From an uncultured Candidatus Saccharibacteria bacterium (GTDB lineage: Bacteria; Patescibacteriota; Saccharimonadia; CAILAD01; GCA-016700035), in assembly GCA_964432055.1 (NCBI GenBank), contig CAYSMD010000002.1, positions 1-53,862 on the forward strand: a stretch of 53,862 bases of DNA, read 5' to 3'. Positions 16,814-27,012 of the stretch are shown here, piece by piece. Under the pieces are notes generated by a model. It saw only the letters and a program-made list of their open reading frames with translations. It ran no database searches and was not told the DNA's origin. How positions within the stretch are numbered: position 1 is the first letter of the stretch; each line of letters begins with the position of its first letter. The translations under genes and the position numbers were made by a program.

Positions 16814-17878
16814 ATGAAGAAAGTGCTGTCCACTCATCACGGCGACGTTACGCTACCGGCCTTTTTCCCGGACGCCACTCGTGCAACCATCAAGTCCGTT
16901 GATACGCTTGCTGTCCTAGCCACACAGACCCCCGGTATGGTCATGAATACCTACCACTTGGCAAACCTAGGCCTTGTCGATATTATCGCGGAGCAGGGCG
17001 GCCTACATGCGTTTACAGGCTGGACGCGGCCGATCATTACCGACTCGGGTGGCTTTCAGGCGATGAGCTTGGTACGAGAGTTTAATACTGGCGGAAAATT
17101 TACTGAAGACGGAGTGATCTTCCAGGATGCAGCTGGGAACCGGCTAGAGCTCACGCCCGAAACATGCATTGATTATCAGCTGAAGCTCGGTAGTGACATC
17201 ATCATGATTCTTGATGACTGCACGAAGCCAGACATGCCGCTCGCCGAGCAGCTCAAGAGCGTGGAGCGGACGGTTCGATGGGCAAAGCGAGCACGAGTGC
17301 ACTTTGATAAGGTCGCACAAAGCCTCGATAAGAAACCGATGATATTCGGTATCGTTCAGGGTGGAGCGGACCGAGAACTGCGCCGCAAGTGCGCCACCGA
17401 ACTCGCTAAACTCAGCTTCGATGGCTATGCGTATGGTGGCTTTCCCATTAATGAAAAGAGCGAGTTACAAACTGAGACGCTCCAAGCGGTCGTCGATGAT
17501 ACGCCGCCAGATGCTATCAAGTACGCGATGGGCGTCGGCACCCCCGATCAAATCGTGAAGTGCGTTGAGATGGGCTACGACCTCTTTGATGTAGTCATTC
17601 CAACTCGTGAGGCTCGCCACCGCAAGCTCTATGTGTGGAATGATAGGCCAGAAGAACTCAACCTACATCAGCCTTTTCACACAACAATTACGATGAAAAA
17701 TTTATCTCTTCAGCATCAAGCCGGCCCAATTGATGCCCACTGCGACTGCGAGACCTGCCAAAATTACTCGGCTGGATATGTCCACGCGATGTTTCGCGCC
17801 AACTCAGCTGTCGCCGAGCGCATGGCGAGCATCCACAACTTGCGTTTTTATGCGAAGCTTATGGAGCTACTTGCTTAA
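16814..17878 (+). CDS. tgt: tRNA-guanine transglycosylase (queuine tRNA-ribosyltransferase)
   Basis: TDSGGFQ motif, GIVQGG, and the zinc site CDCETCQNYSAGYVHAMF. Confidence 0.9.
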   Translation: MKKVLSTHHGDVTLPAFFPDATRATIKSVDTLAVLATQTPGMVMNTYHLANLGLVDIIAEQGGLHAFTGWTRPIITDSGGFQAMSLVREFNTGGKFTEDGVIFQDAAGNRLELTPETCIDYQLKLGSDIIMILDDCTKPDMPLAEQLKSVERTVRWAKRARVHFDKVAQSLDKKPMIFGIVQGGADRELRRKCATELAKLSFDGYAYGGFPINEKSELQTETLQAVVDDTPPDAIKYAMGVGTPDQIVKCVEMGYDLFDVVIPTREARHRKLYVWNDRPEELNLHQPFHTTITMKNLSLQHQAGPIDAHCDCETCQNYSAGYVHAMFRANSAVAERMASIHNLRFYAKLMELLA

Positions 17879-18226
17879 TATTCGCTCCTTCTTATTCAAG
17901 AATGTAAATACAGTCATACAAAATAGAATAACTAACGAAATATTCAGAAATAATGCGAATAAATTTAGCCGGTACGCTTCACTACAAATATAGACAACAG
18001 AATAGACGAAAGGGATACCTTTAGCCTCAGCACCAATTGCCTGACAACCAAGCGCTAAGCTCGGCTCTTGAGATGCTTCTTTCCAGCCAAATGGCAACGT
18101 AATAGCCTGCGCGCCGGCAGCCTGCTCCGCTCCAAGCATCGGGTCAGGAGATTCCCAAAATAACGTTAGGGGAATCAATATAAAAAACAAAACCGTAGCT
18201 ACAATAATCGCAATATTCCTGCGCAT
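17867..18226 (-). CDS. hypothetical membrane protein (119 aa)
   Basis: N- and C-terminal hydrophobic helices. It overlaps the tgt 3' end by 12 nt (convergent). Weak call. Confidence 0.4.
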   Translation of the reverse strand: MRRNIAIIVATVLFFILIPLTLFWESPDPMLGAEQAAGAQAITLPFGWKEASQEPSLALGCQAIGAEAKGIPFVYSVVYICSEAYRLNLFALFLNISLVILFCMTVFTFLNKKERILSK

Positions 18227-18264
18227 ACTACAAATTCTAGCTTAATCAGTATATCGAAGCTAGT

Positions 18265-19287
18265 TCAGCTCTCCCATTTCTGGGGCAGGCGCAGATCAAT
18301 CCCTTCTAAAGGCTCCTCTGGTGATTCATCTATGCAGGCGCGAAAGTCTACCTCAAGCTGCTTGGCGTCAAAGTTCGTACCAATAAACACCATACGGGTC
18401 GCGTGGTCTTCGTCCTGACTCCAATTATCCCAGTAGAGCTCTGAGCGAGTGCCTACCAGCTGAAATACATACTTACGAGAATGACCTTTTGTACCGAGGT
18501 CAATAAATCCCTTTGCGCGGTAGACTGACTTTGGAATCTTGTTATTCACAAACTCCTGAAACTTCATCGGATGAAGTGGCTTATCAAGACTAATTGAGAG
18601 GTGTGAAAACTGATCGTGCAAGTGGCTATGCTCACCATCATGGTCGTGGTCGTGATCATGCGCTTCGGCTTCATCCCAAGTGCGATCTGGGTCAGTGAGC
18701 AGGCGAATATCAACCTGCGCCTTTACAGCTTCGAAGACGCGGGCACGTGGGTTTGTCAGCTCCACCAGCTGTCGAATTTCGCTGATTCGATCTTCACTCA
18801 CGACATCGGTCTTGTTGATGATGACGAAGTCGGTAAACTCTATCTGGTCGGCAGCATTTTTGTGCTTCTTAGCGTTCTCCATTACATGCTCGGCATCAAT
18901 GAGAGTGACGATCGCATCGAGTCGAACACCGATCCCGATCATATCGCGTAGGTTCAGCGCGAGATCACGCGGCTCAGCCAGCCCAGATGCCTCGATGACG
19001 ATCAAATCAATGTCACTGCCTTTGTAGGCAAATTGTGCGATAGCTTCTTGGAGGTCGAGTGTTTCAAGTGAGCAGCAAATGCAGCCGTTACTTAGCTCGA
19101 GCTTCGTATCGGTTTGTCCCGCGACGAGCTCGGAATCAATATTGATCGCACCGAAGTCATTCACCACCACACCAATCTTGAGCCCATGTGGCTCGCGCAG
19201 CAGGTGATTTACAAACGTCGTCTTGCCACTCCCAAGGAAGCCGGTGACGGCGAGGATGGGGATTTTTTTAGTGTGGTGAGTGGTCAT
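18265..19287 (-). CDS. CobW/G3E-family GTPase metallochaperone with His-rich insert
   Basis: P-loop GFLGSGKTT, CXCC motif GCICCS, and His/Asp run EAHDHDHDHDGEHSHLHD. Confidence 0.9.
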   Translation of the reverse strand: MTTHHTKKIPILAVTGFLGSGKTTFVNHLLREPHGLKIGVVVNDFGAINIDSELVAGQTDTKLELSNGCICCSLETLDLQEAIAQFAYKGSDIDLIVIEASGLAEPRDLALNLRDMIGIGVRLDAIVTLIDAEHVMENAKKHKNAADQIEFTDFVIINKTDVVSEDRISEIRQLVELTNPRARVFEAVKAQVDIRLLTDPDRTWDEAEAHDHDHDHDGEHSHLHDQFSHLSISLDKPLHPMKFQEFVNNKIPKSVYRAKGFIDLGTKGHSRKYVFQLVGTRSELYWDNWSQDEDHATRMVFIGTNFDAKQLEVDFRACIDESPEEPLEGIDLRLPQKWES

Positions 19288-19323
19288 GAGTTAGATACCT
19301 CTTATGCTACAATATATCTGAAT

Positions 19324-21024
19324 ATGGAGTCGAAAGCTGCCGTCCGTCAGTCCCGTACCAGCGTCGTCGATCAATCGACGTTTCGTGCGATTGTCCGTAT
19401 CTGCGCTCTGGCTGACGTAATCGGCATTATTGCCGTAGTCGTGCTCTATAATTATTCGCAAAGCCTGCGAGTTTCACTAGCTTATTCTATCGCACTGATA
19501 GCCTTGCTGACCATCGGCCTGATTTACAACCTATTCTTTTGGCGTCGCGTAAATCGTAAGCGGCCACTCGTTGCCATACAGTTCGCGATTCTGCCGCTTA
19601 CGCTGTCTATCATCATCGCGACCTTTTTTACCGGCGGTTTGAATTCGCCGTGGTACCCAATGTGGTACGTGGCGATTCTCTGTAGCGGCATGACGGGTAC
19701 GCTTTCGGTGACGCACACAGCCGGGCTCACATTCATCCTGTATCTGCTGAGCTTTCATCTGTCTCAGCGATCTGATGTAGTTACGATGGGCACTCCGATA
19801 CAGGCCTTGTCGACAGTTATTGCCATCATTGCTGCATATATCATCGGTCGCGGCATGGATCGCATGGTAAAGACGATGCAGGTTGCCGAAAGCCTCACCA
19901 AGCAGCTCGATGGATCCGAACTAAAGCAACAGCTGATGCTCGGCGCAATCGCCGATTCAGTTGTTGCCGTCGACCGCGATAGGAAAGTCGTGATTTTTAA
20001 TAATGCCGCCCAGAAAGTCACCGGCTGGGATGACACCAGTGCCAAAGGTATTTACTATAATCTCATCTTCAAGCTACATGACCAAAACGACGCCGAGCTC
20101 ACCCCGCAAACTGACCCATTTATGCAGGTTATGGCAGCAAGCCAGTCGTTGACGACGGATAGCTACTATATGCTCGATAAGAATAATCGCAAAATCGCGT
20201 TTTCGATTGCAATTGCGCCAACTCTAGATGCGCATGGTGAGGTTAATGGTGCAATTGGAATATTCCACGACATATCCGACCAAAAAGCCCTCGCGCGGGA
20301 GCGCAACGAGTTTATCTCCACTGCCAGCCATGAAATGCGCACCCCAGTAGCTGCGATCGAAGGCTATCTTTCTATGGCTATGAACCCACAGCTGGCGACA
20401 ATTGACCCACGTGCCAAGAGCTTTGTTGACAAGGCCCACGAGGCGAGCCTACATCTTGGAAAGTTATTCCGCGATCTCTTATCGGTCACCAAGATTGAAG
20501 ATCATCGCCTGACCATTAAGGTGGCCCAATTTAATCTGACAGACCTCTTGCACAACGTAATTAACGAAATGGACATCATCGCCCGCAACAAGACCATTAC
20601 TATCGAAAGTCCATTTGCCGCCACAGCTGAAGGTGCTGCAAAGGTTCTGGTGCCAGCCTACTACGTTAAAGCTGATCCCGACCGAATTCGTGAAGTTCTC
20701 AATAACCTTATTGATAATGCGATTAAATATAGCCAGCCAAGCGGTAAAGTGCAGGTGGTCATTACTGCCGATCAGCATTTCGCACAAGTCCGCATCAGTG
20801 ACAGCGGTATCGGAATTTCGCCAGAAGACCAAAAGCATCTCTTTCAGAAATTCTACCGGGTTAATAATAGCTTCACTCGAGAAGTTGGCGGTACCGGCCT
20901 TGGCTTATACATAGCTCGGAACCTCATTGAACTCTTTGGTGGCAAGATCTGGCTTGAGTCGGAGGAAGGCAAAGGGTCGAGTTTTTATTTCACACTGCCA
21001 ATAGATCTAACCCCTCATCAATAG
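19324..21024 (+). CDS. sensor histidine kinase (polytopic N-terminus, PAS, HisKA, HATPase_c)
   Basis: H-box FISTASHEMRTPV, N-box NLIDNAIKYS, G1 DSGIGI, G2 GTGLGLYI. Start set at ATG 19324 because the longest ORF start (19114) runs antisense through the CobW gene. Confidence 0.9.
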   Translation: MESKAAVRQSRTSVVDQSTFRAIVRICALADVIGIIAVVVLYNYSQSLRVSLAYSIALIALLTIGLIYNLFFWRRVNRKRPLVAIQFAILPLTLSIIIATFFTGGLNSPWYPMWYVAILCSGMTGTLSVTHTAGLTFILYLLSFHLSQRSDVVTMGTPIQALSTVIAIIAAYIIGRGMDRMVKTMQVAESLTKQLDGSELKQQLMLGAIADSVVAVDRDRKVVIFNNAAQKVTGWDDTSAKGIYYNLIFKLHDQNDAELTPQTDPFMQVMAASQSLTTDSYYMLDKNNRKIAFSIAIAPTLDAHGEVNGAIGIFHDISDQKALARERNEFISTASHEMRTPVAAIEGYLSMAMNPQLATIDPRAKSFVDKAHEASLHLGKLFRDLLSVTKIEDHRLTIKVAQFNLTDLLHNVINEMDIIARNKTITIESPFAATAEGAAKVLVPAYYVKADPDRIREVLNNLIDNAIKYSQPSGKVQVVITADQHFAQVRISDSGIGISPEDQKHLFQKFYRVNNSFTREVGGTGLGLYIARNLIELFGGKIWLESEEGKGSSFYFTLPIDLTPHQ

Positions 21025-21104
21025 CTCAAGGGTTGCGCCGAGACCATGATCTGACCTAGAATAAGCGTAAGTAATTTTCTTTTTGAAAGGATTGTGGCCC
21101 CTAT

Positions 21105-21533
21105 ATGACAAAAATTCTCCTCGTCGAAGACGATGTAAATCTACGCGACATATATTTTGCGCGCTTCCAGGCTGATAACTATGAACTAGCCGTTGCATCG
21201 AATGGCGAAGAAGCGTTAGCGATTGCCGTAAAAGAAAAACCTGACCTCATTTTGCTCGATGTCATGATGCCGCGCATATCCGGATTTGATGTTCTCGATA
21301 TCTTGCGATCTACTCCGGAAACCAAAAGCACCAAAGTGATTATGATGACTGCGTTGTCAGAGCAGACCGATAAGGATCGCGGTAAGGCGCTCGGAGTTGA
21401 TGAATACCTGGTCAAGAGCCAGGTAACACTCGAAGATGTTGTTGCAACCGTCAAGAAAGTCCTCGGATCGAGCGCTCAGGCCTCTCCAAAGCCGGAGCAA
21501 CCAACGACTCCTCCCACCCCAGCCGCTCAATAG
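21105..21533 (+). CDS. stand-alone response-regulator receiver with Pro/Thr-rich tail (no output domain)
   Basis: LLVEDD, the phospho-acceptor context LILLDVMMP, MMTAL and YLVKS are all present. The tail is PKPEQPTTPPTPAAQ. Confidence 0.9.
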   Translation: MTKILLVEDDVNLRDIYFARFQADNYELAVASNGEEALAIAVKEKPDLILLDVMMPRISGFDVLDILRSTPETKSTKVIMMTALSEQTDKDRGKALGVDEYLVKSQVTLEDVVATVKKVLGSSAQASPKPEQPTTPPTPAAQ

Positions 21534-21574
21534 ATCTAACGTAATCTTTCGCTATCTGGTAAAATAGTGTCATT

Positions 21575-22891
21575 ATGCCTACACGTACACTTATTCGGGA
21601 ACTGCCCCAACACATAGATACAACTGTTACTATCCAGGGCTGGCTTCATAAGCGCCGGTTGCTCGGTGGTTTGAATTTTTTCGTATTGCGAGATCGTAGT
21701 GGCATTGCCCAATTTCTCGTAGAGGATAAGGACGAAGTCGAAAAGCTCAGAGGCCTGCAGGTTGGAACGGTGTTAACCGTCGAGGGCAGGGTGATCTCCG
21801 ATGAACGGGCTCCAGGCGGAGTAGAGGTTCATGATCCTAAGCTCGACATCATCGTGCCGGTCACAGAAGAGCCAATTATTGAAATTGACAAACCAATTAG
21901 TCATAAGCCAGAACACCTCGAAACTTTGTTCGATAATCGCGTCGTCTCACTTCGTAACCTCCAAGAGCAAAAGATTTTTCGTGTCAGGGCAGGCGTAAAT
22001 GCTGCGATTCGGCAGTATCTCACCGAGCAGGAGTTTGTTGAAATACAAACGCCAAAATTGCTTGCCGAAGCTACTGAAGGGGGTGCCGAAGTCTTTAAGC
22101 TCGATTATTTTGGTAAAGAAGCCACCCTCGCCCAAAGCCCCCAGTTTTATAAACAAATCATGGTTGGCGTGTTTGAGCGTGTGTTTGAGATTGGGCCGGC
22201 GTATCGAGCTGAGCCCTCAGCAACTACCCGCCACGTCTCTGAGGTTACTATGCTTGATATCGAGATTGGCTTCATCGAAACTCATGATGATGTACTCAAT
22301 GCCATCCAGGACATGACGTATGCCGTACTGAACACTATCTACGAAACCTATTCGACCGAGCTCAAGAGTCTGAATGCGCCCGAGCTGAAGCTGCAAAAAC
22401 AGTTCCCGCGCTACACCGTTGCCGAGGTACACGAACTCTACACGAAGGCCGGTAACGACAGCACCATCGGCGAGAAGGATTTGCGACCAGACGAAGAGCG
22501 CTGGATTTGCGACTACGCAAAAAAGCACGAAGGCTGCGAAGCGGTGTTTGTCACCAATATGCCCATCGAGACTCACAAGTTTTATCAAATGATAAATCCA
22601 GACGATCCTCAGACCGTGCTGTCTGCAGATTTGCTATATCGTGGCGTCGAAATCGCTACCTGTCCAATGCGAGAACATCGCTACAAGCAGCTTATTGCCC
22701 AGATGAAGGACAAGGGACTCGATCCACAAGCTGCCGGATTCCATCACTATCTCACAGCTTTTGAGTTTGGCTTACCGCCCCACGGAGGCTGTGGCTTTGG
22801 CATTGATCGCTTCGTCGAGAAGATTATTGGTCTCGCAAATGTCAAAGAAGCTATTCTGTTTCCTCGTGACATCAACCGACTTGCGCCATAG
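21575..22891 (+). CDS. aspS: aspartyl-tRNA synthetase, archaeal/eukaryotic-type (438 aa)
   Basis: OB-fold GWLHKRRLLGGLNFFVLRDRSG, LAQSPQFYKQ, FEIGPAYRAE...TRH, GGCGFGIDR. Confidence 0.9.
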   Translation: MPTRTLIRELPQHIDTTVTIQGWLHKRRLLGGLNFFVLRDRSGIAQFLVEDKDEVEKLRGLQVGTVLTVEGRVISDERAPGGVEVHDPKLDIIVPVTEEPIIEIDKPISHKPEHLETLFDNRVVSLRNLQEQKIFRVRAGVNAAIRQYLTEQEFVEIQTPKLLAEATEGGAEVFKLDYFGKEATLAQSPQFYKQIMVGVFERVFEIGPAYRAEPSATTRHVSEVTMLDIEIGFIETHDDVLNAIQDMTYAVLNTIYETYSTELKSLNAPELKLQKQFPRYTVAEVHELYTKAGNDSTIGEKDLRPDEERWICDYAKKHEGCEAVFVTNMPIETHKFYQMINPDDPQTVLSADLLYRGVEIATCPMREHRYKQLIAQMKDKGLDPQAAGFHHYLTAFEFGLPPHGGCGFGIDRFVEKIIGLANVKEAILFPRDINRLAP

Positions 22892-22939
22892 CCCCGATAT
22901 CTTCGCGACCGCAGTTTCGCAATCAGCTATAATAGAACT

Positions 22940-23629
22940 ATGACACGTGCTGATTCTTTTATCGTTGCTCTACCAGATTTCGAGGGTCCGCTCGATCTAC
23001 TGCTTAACCTTATCGAAAGAAGAGAGCTGGAAGTCACAGCACTATCTATCGGAAAGGTCACTGGTGACTATCTAGCTGCACTCACAACACTTGGCGATGT
23101 CCGGTCCGAAGAGCTGCGTTGGTTTGTAGACATTGGTAGTCGTCTGGTCGACTATAAGACGCGAGCGTTACGCAGTGAGCAGCTCTCTGGCGAAAGTGAA
23201 GACAGCCTGGAAGACCTAACATCTCAGGTAGCGCGCTACCAGGCCTGGCGAGACGTGGCGCAAACCCTGTCTGGACAAATCGGCGCCCCGCTCGAGAGAC
23301 GTACTGCAAGCGTTGCGAGCCAGCAACACTTACAGCCACCAGCCAATCTAACGTTTGATAATCTATTGCGCGCCTGGAAACGAGCTCATGCGCCAAAGCC
23401 GGTTACCATCACTCGAAAACATTCTGTGCACGTCACGCGAGCTCAGCTCCAGCAAACTATGCAGAAGCTTTTGCAAAACGTTGGTGTGAAAACGAATCTT
23501 CACAAACATTTTGCCGCACCAAGCAGGAGAGAGCGGGCATTGAGTTTACTCGCCATGCTGGAACTCATCAAGGAAGATCTTGTGGAGCTATTTTTCGAGG
23601 AGAACGCTGCATATGTCAAAGCCGTCTAG
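22940..23629 (+). CDS. scpA: segregation and condensation protein A
   Basis: FEGPLDLLLNLIERRELEVTALSIGKVTGDYL. Confidence 0.9.
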   Translation: MTRADSFIVALPDFEGPLDLLLNLIERRELEVTALSIGKVTGDYLAALTTLGDVRSEELRWFVDIGSRLVDYKTRALRSEQLSGESEDSLEDLTSQVARYQAWRDVAQTLSGQIGAPLERRTASVASQQHLQPPANLTFDNLLRAWKRAHAPKPVTITRKHSVHVTRAQLQQTMQKLLQNVGVKTNLHKHFAAPSRRERALSLLAMLELIKEDLVELFFEENAAYVKAV

Positions 23630-24137
23630 TCACCAAACAGCTCGTCTCGAAGCATTACTGTTTGCGAGTCCCGAACCACTACCTGCTGCAAAGCTCGCTA
23701 CGCTTATGGATATCAGTGAGGAAGAAATTCTGCGCTCCATTACCGCGCTCAAGGCAGATCTCAAGCAGCGTGGGATCGGTGTCGTTGAGGCTCGAGATGG
23801 CTTCGAACTCGCAGTTCAGCCGGCCTATCGTAGTGATGCAGCAACCCTCACTCACATGCCCGCCCCCAATCTCTCCCAATCTAGCTTGGAAGTACTGACG
23901 ATCATCGCGTATGAGGGGCCAGTGGCTAAGTCGGTTATTGATGATATTCGCGGTACGCCAAGCGATAATAGTCTCCGCGCGCTTATGAGTCGAGATCTTG
24001 TGCTGCAGATCTCTGAACGAGAGTCTGATGACGTCCTGAAGTATGAGCCAACGAGCTTCGCCTGGAGATGCCTAGGGATACATGGTCGCAGCGAACTGCC
24101 ACCAAAGCCGAAGGAGACTCGCGATGCGTCTGAATAA
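23613..24137 (+). CDS. scpB: segregation and condensation protein B
   Basis: ARLEALLFASPEPLPAAKLATLMDISEEE. ATG 23613 overlaps the scpA stop. Confidence 0.9.
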   Translation: MSKPSSHQTARLEALLFASPEPLPAAKLATLMDISEEEILRSITALKADLKQRGIGVVEARDGFELAVQPAYRSDAATLTHMPAPNLSQSSLEVLTIIAYEGPVAKSVIDDIRGTPSDNSLRALMSRDLVLQISERESDDVLKYEPTSFAWRCLGIHGRSELPPKPKETRDASE

Positions 24138-24798
24138 ATGGCTCGTGCTCGCCGGAGCAGCTACTGGGCGCAGACAGGCGGATGACTTGATTCGCAACCG
24201 TCGCATCGAGGTCAATGGTGCCCCTGCAGGACTTGGAACACAAATAGAAACACCCGATCAGGTTACTATCGACGGAAAGCCACTATCTATTCAACCAGCA
24301 AAAACGCACATCATACTGCTTCATAAGCCAGTTGGCGTCATATCTTCGCATCGTCAGCAAGGCAAGGCGCGCATCGTGTTTGATTATCTTCCAAAAGAGT
24401 ATCATACGGATATCATTATTGGGCGTCTTGATAAAGAAAGTGAGGGGCTCGTACTTCTCACCAACAACGGTCAACTCGCCCATGAACTCATGCATCCCTC
24501 GCATGCTGTTGAGCGTCGCTATCTCGTTCGCACGAAACGAGAAATAAGCCCGGAAGACCAAAAACAGCTGCTCAATGGCATAGAACTGGACGATGGTCTG
24601 AGTAAGTTTAAGAGCTGTGAACTTGCTGGGCCTCAGGCTCTAGATATTCGTCTCGAGGAAGGCCGGAATCGCCAAATTAGAAGGACTCTAGCCGCACTCC
24701 GACATCAGGTAACCGAACTCATACGAGTCAGTCATGGCGCGTATGATCTTACGGGCCTCAAAGCGGGCGAGTGGCGACTAGAGGAGCTCAGAGCATGA
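24124..24798 (+). CDS. pseudouridine synthase, RsuA/RluB family (S4 domain plus catalytic domain)
   Basis: MRLNKWLVLAGAATGRRQADDLI (S4) and GRLDKESEGLVLLTNNG (catalytic Asp motif). Confidence 0.9.
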   Translation: MRLNKWLVLAGAATGRRQADDLIRNRRIEVNGAPAGLGTQIETPDQVTIDGKPLSIQPAKTHIILLHKPVGVISSHRQQGKARIVFDYLPKEYHTDIIIGRLDKESEGLVLLTNNGQLAHELMHPSHAVERRYLVRTKREISPEDQKQLLNGIELDDGLSKFKSCELAGPQALDIRLEEGRNRQIRRTLAALRHQVTELIRVSHGAYDLTGLKAGEWRLEELRA

Positions 24799-25670
24799 AC
24801 GTACTGAACTCGGCCCTGGTTTCGATTGGCGTACTTTTTTGGCAGCTAGTCCTACCATTTCAACCCACAGAAAGCTTGCCGGCTGTCGACGTCGGACAGT
24901 ACGTACCCGTCATTCAGAGTGAAGCAGAGCCGACCTTGGCCGTAGGTGCAAAAGCAGCACTCGTTGAGGACGCGAATACTCGCGCGCAACTGTATGCAAA
25001 AAACGCAGATCAATCTCTCCCTATCGCCAGCCTGACCAAGCTCATGACCGCATATATTATCACCCGTGACAAATCACCCGATGACATCGTTGTGATACCC
25101 GATGAAGTCAAGACGGTGCAGGGGGGTGAAAATGCCACCATTAGCCTCCAGGCAGGAGACCGTGTAAAAATGCGAGATCTTCTGCAGGCGGCGCTCATAC
25201 CTTCCGCCAATGATGCTGCCGTAGCGCTCGCCGTCTGGCATAGTGGCTCGGTAGAAAATTTTGTGACTGAGATGAACCGAACTGCCCAGCAGCTCAAACT
25301 GGACTCATCGAAGTTTACCAATCCAACCGGGCTTGATCCAAATGGCAGCCAAGCCTCCGCGAAGGACCTTGCTTTGCTCACGCACTTTGCTCTAGCAAGC
25401 CCCCTCATAGAACAATATGTATCACGTGCCTCGGGTGGATTTCGCTCAGAAACCGGAAGGCCATACGCATTCGTGAGCACCAACCAACTTTTGAGTCAAA
25501 AAGGGGTAAAAGGGGTGAAGACCGGCTACACACTGTCCGCCGGACAATGCTTAATCACACTAACCGAGATTGATGGCCGGCGCGTCATAACCGTCGTCCT
25601 AGCTAGTCCAGACCGTTTCTCTGAGAGCAGAAGTATGATAAACTGGGGAACTGGTCTTGACTATGAATAA
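24795..25670 (+). CDS. D-alanyl-D-alanine carboxypeptidase (S11 low-MW PBP)
   Basis: SxxK (ASLTK), SxN (PSAND) and KTG (KTGYT). Its ATG overlaps the upstream stop (ATGA). Confidence 0.85.
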   Translation: MNVLNSALVSIGVLFWQLVLPFQPTESLPAVDVGQYVPVIQSEAEPTLAVGAKAALVEDANTRAQLYAKNADQSLPIASLTKLMTAYIITRDKSPDDIVVIPDEVKTVQGGENATISLQAGDRVKMRDLLQAALIPSANDAAVALAVWHSGSVENFVTEMNRTAQQLKLDSSKFTNPTGLDPNGSQASAKDLALLTHFALASPLIEQYVSRASGGFRSETGRPYAFVSTNQLLSQKGVKGVKTGYTLSAGQCLITLTEIDGRRVITVVLASPDRFSESRSMINWGTGLDYE

Positions 25671-27012
25671 GAAATCTTTTCCAATATTTGCACTCGTCGG
25701 CATTCCGAACGTCGGAAAATCCAGCCTCCTCAACCGGCTGGTGGGTTCGCGTGCGGCAATTATTCATGATGAAGCACACACAACGCGCGATATTACGCGC
25801 CATGAAGTCACCTGGGGTGATAAGCGTTTGTACATCCAAGATACGCCTGGATTCGGAAAGTCAGGGGATATTCTTACGCAAGCTGCCCAAGAGCAGCTCA
25901 AGGCATCACTTGCCAATGCGAGCGCAATTGGCTTTGTCATTGATAGCACACAAGAACACATTACTGAAGCCGAGAAACAGCTCGCCAGGATCGTTCGCCA
26001 GCTTGGCAAGCCAACTATTCTGCTCTATAACAAGATTGATAAAGACTACGGCGAACTCAGTCATTTCCGCGGTCTGGGACTAACTAATGAGCTGGAAATC
26101 TCGGCTCACCATGGACTCGGTGTTGAGGAGCTACAAAACTGGGTTTCTGCGCAAGTAGCCGATAATATCGAGGCTATAGACCTCGAGGCCCCCCGTCAAT
26201 TGCGCGTCGCGATTCTGGGCCGACCAAACGTCGGGAAATCGAGCTTACTGAACAAGCTCACCGGAGAGACGAGTGCGATTGTCAGTGAGATAGCTGGAAC
26301 GACCCGTGACCCGATCTCAACGGCCTTCGAATTTAATGGTCGTGAGCTCCTCATTACAGATACCGCCGGCCTGCGTCGTCCTGGAAAGATTGGTCGCTCA
26401 ATCGAATACTTCTCACTAACCCGGACTCGCCAGGTGGTTGATGCAGCGGATGTATGTATACTCATTATCGACGCTACCGAGCCCGCCACATCGCAAGATC
26501 AGCGCATTGCAGGTATCGTTCGCGAGGCCGGCAAAGGGCTCGTCTTGGTCGTCAATAAGATTGATGCGCTCGATGAAGATGAGCGGGCAAATAACCGTCT
26601 AGAAAAACGATTGGCCCGTGAATTTGAATTTGTATGGTGGGCGCCTTACGTACTCATCTCTGCCGAAACTGGTAGGCACATCGATAAGCTCCTCGAGCAA
26701 GTTGTGTTGGTCGCAGATCGAGTAAATCAAAAGTTTCGGACTACCGAGATAAATAATGTGTTGCAGAAAGCGATTATTAATAAGCCGCCAGCTGGGCTGC
26801 ATAATTTGCGGCCAAAGATTAATTATGCCACCCAAACCAGTGTGAACCCGCTGGAAATTACGCTCTACGGGACGCATCCCGAAAGCATCCATTTCAGCTA
26901 TCGACGGTATTTGGAAAATCAGCTCAGGGGCAGCTTTGATTTGCAGGGCGCACCAATAAAGCTTATCTTTAAGAGTAAGTATGGAAACAGCGTCACACCC
27001 GCCGAAGACTAG
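25663..27012 (+). CDS. der: ribosome-associated GTPase Der/EngA (two G domains plus KH-like)
   Basis: GIPNVGKSSLLNRL and GRPNVGKSSLLNKL P-loops, with DTPG and DTAG motifs. Confidence 0.95.
   Translation: MNKKSFPIFALVGIPNVGKSSLLNRLVGSRAAIIHDEAHTTRDITRHEVTWGDKRLYIQDTPGFGKSGDILTQAAQEQLKASLANASAIGFVIDSTQEHITEAEKQLARIVRQLGKPTILLYNKIDKDYGELSHFRGLGLTNELEISAHHGLGVEELQNWVSAQVADNIEAIDLEAPRQLRVAILGRPNVGKSSLLNKLTGETSAIVSEIAGTTRDPISTAFEFNGRELLITDTAGLRRPGKIGRSIEYFSLTRTRQVVDAADVCILIIDATEPATSQDQRIAGIVREAGKGLVLVVNKIDALDEDERANNRLEKRLAREFEFVWWAPYVLISAETGRHIDKLLEQVVLVADRVNQKFRTTEINNVLQKAIINKPPAGLHNLRPKINYATQTSVNPLEITLYGTHPESIHFSYRRYLENQLRGSFDLQGAPIKLIFKSKYGNSVTPAED

Noticed and set aside
19114-19323. Longest-ORF start of the 19324 histidine kinase
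   Set aside because: It would overlap the CobW-type gene on the opposite strand by 174 nt. ATG 19324 lies just past the divergent gene and precedes the first TM segments.
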